The position numbers and the translations under genes were made by a program. From positions 32,001 to 96,000 of the forward strand of contig OY970359.1 of the NCBI GenBank assembly GCA_963718665.1: DNA of 64,000 bases. Direction: 5' to 3'. Below, piece after piece: positions 60,717-64,000 of this stretch (its first letter is position 1; each line of letters starts with the position of its first letter). The DNA comes from an uncultured Phycisphaerales bacterium. Its GTDB lineage: Bacteria > Planctomycetota > Phycisphaerae > Sedimentisphaerales > Anaerobacaceae. The notes beneath the pieces are model-generated. The model was not told the origin of the DNA. It did no database searches and saw only the letters and a list, made by a program, of their open reading frames with translations.

Positions 60717-62189
60717 ATGGCAAAGCTGACAAAACTGGGCGACATAGTATCACTGTGCAAAAGGCGTGGTTTCATATTTCAATCGAGCGAAATCTACGGC
60801 GGCCTCGCGAGCTGTTACGACTACGGCCCACTGGGCGTTGAACTGAAAAACAACGTCAAGAAGGCCTGGTGGAAAAACGTCGTCCAGATGCGAGACGACG
60901 TCGTCGGCCTCGATTGCAGCATCCTTATGCACCCGCTCGTCTGGAAGGCATCGGGCCACGCCGACCACTTTGCCGACCTCGTCGCTGAATGTAAAAAATG
61001 CCACGTCCGCACCCGCGTTGACCATTTGAAAGACAAAGCAAACGATTCAGCACAGGAACATACCGAACACGTTGCGATTACCCCCGGCGAAAAACAGGAC
61101 TTGAGCAAAAAGGTTTGCCCCTCCTGCGGGGCGGTAGGCAATTTCACGGAACCAATGCCTTTCAAATTAATGTTTGAAACCCAGATGGGCGCAAACGTCG
61201 AGGATTCAATGACTCTTTACCTGCGCCCCGAAACCGCACAGGGTATCTTCGCCAACTTCAGAAACGTTCTCGACACCACCAGAGTCAAAATACCCTTCGG
61301 CATTGCCCAAATCGGCAAAAGCTTCCGCAACGAAGTAACAACCAAGGCGTTCATTTTCAGAACGCGCGAATTTGAGCAGGCCGAACTGGAATTTTTCTGC
61401 GAGCCGGGAACCGACGACAAATGGTTTGAGCACTGGAAAGAACAGCGTTTCAACTGGTATTTGAACCTCGGCATCAAAAAAGACAACCTGCGTTTCCGTG
61501 AACACGAAAAAGATGAACTCGCCCATTATGCCAAGGGCTGCGTCGATGTCGAATACAGATTCCCGTTTGGCTCAGGCGATTGGCAGGAACTTGAAGGCAT
61601 CGCCAACCGCACCGATTACGACCTACGCCAGCACCAGCGAGGAATGCGCACGCTCAACTCCTGGTATGAAACCAAGGGCGACCTGTCGAAGATAAAACTG
61701 AAAGAAGAGGCCGAGGACTATCTCAAAGGGCCTCTGTCATACTTCGACGACGAAAAGAAAGCCCGGTATATCCCTTATGTGATTGAACCTAGCGCAGGTA
61801 TGGATAGAAGCACGCTGGCGTTTCTCGTTGACGCTTATGATGAAGAGGAAGTCCGCGGCGAGACGCGAAATGTCCTGCGATTCTCTTCGGCTATCGCGCC
61901 GACAAAAGCAGGCATATTCCCGTTAGTCAATAAAGATGGCATGCCCGAAACCGCCCGCAATATCTTCAACGACCTCAAGGGACGTTTCAACTGTGTTTAC
62001 GACGAAAAAGGCGCAATAGGCAGACGCTACCGCAGGCAGGATGAGGCGGGCACGCCTTTCTGCGTCACCGTCGATGGCCAGACCGCTCAGGACCAGACCG
62101 TTACCGTTCGCCAGCGCGATTCGATGGAGCAAATCCGCGTCGCCACCGACCAGTTAAAGACCTACCTGCGCGATAAACTGGATATGTGA
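60717..62189 (+). CDS. glyQS: Glycine--tRNA ligase (homodimeric type)
   Basis: LRPETAQG, GKSFRNE, FRTREFEQ, ELEGIA.R, IEPSAG, IGRRYRRQDE. Confidence 0.97.
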   Translation: MAKLTKLGDIVSLCKRRGFIFQSSEIYGGLASCYDYGPLGVELKNNVKKAWWKNVVQMRDDVVGLDCSILMHPLVWKASGHADHFADLVAECKKCHVRTRVDHLKDKANDSAQEHTEHVAITPGEKQDLSKKVCPSCGAVGNFTEPMPFKLMFETQMGANVEDSMTLYLRPETAQGIFANFRNVLDTTRVKIPFGIAQIGKSFRNEVTTKAFIFRTREFEQAELEFFCEPGTDDKWFEHWKEQRFNWYLNLGIKKDNLRFREHEKDELAHYAKGCVDVEYRFPFGSGDWQELEGIANRTDYDLRQHQRGMRTLNSWYETKGDLSKIKLKEEAEDYLKGPLSYFDDEKKARYIPYVIEPSAGMDRSTLAFLVDAYDEEEVRGETRNVLRFSSAIAPTKAGIFPLVNKDGMPETARNIFNDLKGRFNCVYDEKGAIGRRYRRQDEAGTPFCVTVDGQTAQDQTVTVRQRDSMEQIRVATDQLKTYLRDKLDM

Positions 62190-62197
62190 AATGATAC

Positions 62198-62297
62198 AGA
62201 CACGGATTTACACTGATTAACACTGTTTTTTATTTTTTTCTCTGTGGTTTCTGTGTGCTCTGTGGCTAAAACAAAAATATTATTTGTTCTCCGTGGC
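62198..62297. repeat. Intergenic 9-bp-period repeat element, second empty hybrid site
   Basis: agacacggatttacactgattaacactg...tctctgtggtttctgtgtgctctgtggctaaaa...ctccgtggc. Confidence 0.8.
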
Positions 62298-62302
62298 CAA
62301 CA

Positions 62303-62764
62303 ATGATTCTCGACACAATCGACAACACCCGTTTGTACATCGGTCTGCACGCCGGCTTCGCCAGGGCGTTTGAGATTCTCACGGATAAAACCCTGTCGCA
62401 AAAACAAGACGGCAAATACGCCGTCGATGGCGAAAAAATCCACTATACCACCCAGCATTATACAACCAAACCGCTAAACGAAGGTAATCTCGAAGCCCAC
62501 CGCAAATACATCGATATCCAATTCTTATTAGAAGGCGTTGAACTCCTCGGCTACTCGCCATTAAAGGGTCTTACAACCGCCGAAGTTTACAACCCTCAAA
62601 AGGATATCGCCTTTTTCAATACGCCTAAGGAAATCACAAAAGTAAAACTCGAACCGGGCCTTTTCTGCATCCTTTTCCCCAACGACACCCACCTCCCCTG
62701 CCGACAGCTCGCAAGCCCAGCCGATGTCCGAAAAGTGGTTATCAAAATTCAAATAAAGGAATAG
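62303..62764 (+). CDS. YhcH/YjgK/YiaL family protein
   Basis: MILD, EAHRKYIDIQ..L.G.E, FP.D.H.P, VRKVVIKI. Confidence 0.92.
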   Translation: MILDTIDNTRLYIGLHAGFARAFEILTDKTLSQKQDGKYAVDGEKIHYTTQHYTTKPLNEGNLEAHRKYIDIQFLLEGVELLGYSPLKGLTTAEVYNPQKDIAFFNTPKEITKVKLEPGLFCILFPNDTHLPCRQLASPADVRKVVIKIQIKE

Positions 62765-62768
62765 CGAT

Positions 62769-62957
62769 ATGAAAAAACTTTACCTTTCAACTACAGACAA
62801 GAAAATTTTCGGGGTCTGCGGCGGAATAGCTGAAACGTACGATATCGACCCAACCATGGTTCGGCTGGCGATTGTATTCCTCACCCTCGTGACATTCGTA
62901 GCGCCTTTGATAGTAACATACATCGTCGCCGGGATAATTATGCCCCGTAAACAATGA
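62769..62957 (+). CDS. PspC domain protein
   Basis: KKLY.S..DKKIFGVCGGIAE...IDPT.VRL followed by a TM helix. Confidence 0.9.
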   Translation: MKKLYLSTTDKKIFGVCGGIAETYDIDPTMVRLAIVFLTLVTFVAPLIVTYIVAGIIMPRKQ

Positions 62958-62979
62958 TGGGTTAAACCGGCAAAATTGA

Positions 62980-64000
62980 TTACTTGTAGGACTTCATAAA
63001 ATCCTGCTCTTTGAGCCAGCTAACTAACTCGTCGGCTAATTTGCGGTCTTCAGCAACTCGCGGGTGATTCATCGCCTGATATTTAAAAACAAAATGGCTG
63101 ATGTTCTTGTCGTCCGATTCGAGTTGAGTAACAATATATTTCCACGCCATATTGAGCGGCTCACTGTGCATCCCCCCATACATACCGCCACGCAACAGCA
63201 CGATATGCGCCTTCGGATATGCGGCACGAATTGCACGCACAAGTGAAATGTAACCATCATTGAAATCCACAGGGAACGGCTGTTTTTGCTTCACTGTAAA
63301 TGACTCATCGTTATCGCCTAAGTTCACAAAAACAACATCGGGCTTCCACGCGTTCAGGTTCGCGACCGCCGATGACGCTTTCGGGTAGATGCGATTCCAC
63401 ATCTCGCCCGCCTTTACATCGACGTAGCCGGTGATAATACCCATCCCGCTGACGGATATATTGCGATGGTCCGCCCCAAGCGCCTCCGCTACCATCGCCG
63501 CGTAGCTAAGCATCCCGTTGTGTGTCCGTCGGTTATCCCACTGGTCGGCATTGGCGTCTTCATTGCACGCCCCGACGGTCTTCGAATCGCCGATAAACTC
63601 CATCCTTAGTTTATACGCCACCGGCGCAAGCAACCACACCTTGGCTCCATCGCCAATCTGTATGCCATTAAAATGCACGCTGCCCGCGTTGGCCTCGCTG
63701 CGTTTGGAGAGCACAAGATGATGACGACCCGCGCCAAGCCCCGTAAACGTCGTGCCCTTCGCCGGCATTCCCTCGTTGACCTCGACTATCGTAGTCGAAT
63801 TATCAATCTTCGCATCGAAGAAGTTCTGCCACGTCGGCTTGTCAAAAAGCAGCGTCAGCGTATTGCCCTCGAAATCGATGCTGATTCTGCTCGCCTGCCA
63901 GACGACAACCGGCGAATTCGCGTCGGAAAAATCAAATCGCCCCTCATAGCGGAAACACTTGTCCGAGGCAGAAATCGTTTGTACCCCGTAAGCCGGCGCA
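62980..64000 (-). CDS. SGNH/GDSL esterase (CE2 acetyl-xylan-esterase-like), 5'-truncated by window edge
   Basis: Frame open to the window end (RYEGRFD...WQAS); EFIGDS, SG.G, NLG.ND, HP. Confidence 0.85.
   Translation of the reverse strand, partial: APAYGVQTISASDKCFRYEGRFDFSDANSPVVVWQASRISIDFEGNTLTLLFDKPTWQNFFDAKIDNSTTIVEVNEGMPAKGTTFTGLGAGRHHLVLSKRSEANAGSVHFNGIQIGDGAKVWLLAPVAYKLRMEFIGDSKTVGACNEDANADQWDNRRTHNGMLSYAAMVAEALGADHRNISVSGMGIITGYVDVKAGEMWNRIYPKASSAVANLNAWKPDVVFVNLGDNDESFTVKQKQPFPVDFNDGYISLVRAIRAAYPKAHIVLLRGGMYGGMHSEPLNMAWKYIVTQLESDDKNISHFVFKYQAMNHPRVAEDRKLADELVSWLKEQDFMKSYK

Overview
A 64-kb bacterial chromosomal window, mostly housekeeping. It is probably from a Planctomycetota (Phycisphaerae/Sedimentisphaerales-like) genome; this is inferred from the PVC signature 'small basic protein' and the gene content. 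It carries dusB (partial), TPR proteins, two-component genes, an nfeD-nfeD-floA operon, pyrG and kdsB, a fucose-type sugar ABC/isomerase operon, and a trpEGDFBA operon with a Trp-Trp-Trp leader peptide and attenuator. Further along are a PEP-utilising enzyme, azoR, a glycogen debranching enzyme, recR, pstSCABB-phoU, dnaX with SRP RNA, proC, cobO, a GGDEF protein, tRNA-Tyr, coaX, an MnmE-like GTPase, mutS, glyQS and a partial SGNH esterase. Less obvious signals: (1) a family of short-period repeat arms that bracket an AT-rich FRG gene as inverted ends and also occur as empty hybrid sites; (2) heptamer arrays and palindromic mini-elements inserted in frame inside several protein genes; (3) a dif-like XerCD site at 8298-8325; (4) an A9 slippage run in dnaX with nearby stops in both alternative frames; (5) a Pho-box-like 11-bp-period repeat before pstS. 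Three single-base deletions (trpE, the sugar ABC ATPase, the small basic protein) look like assembly errors. All calls come from reading the sequence; no database searches were run.
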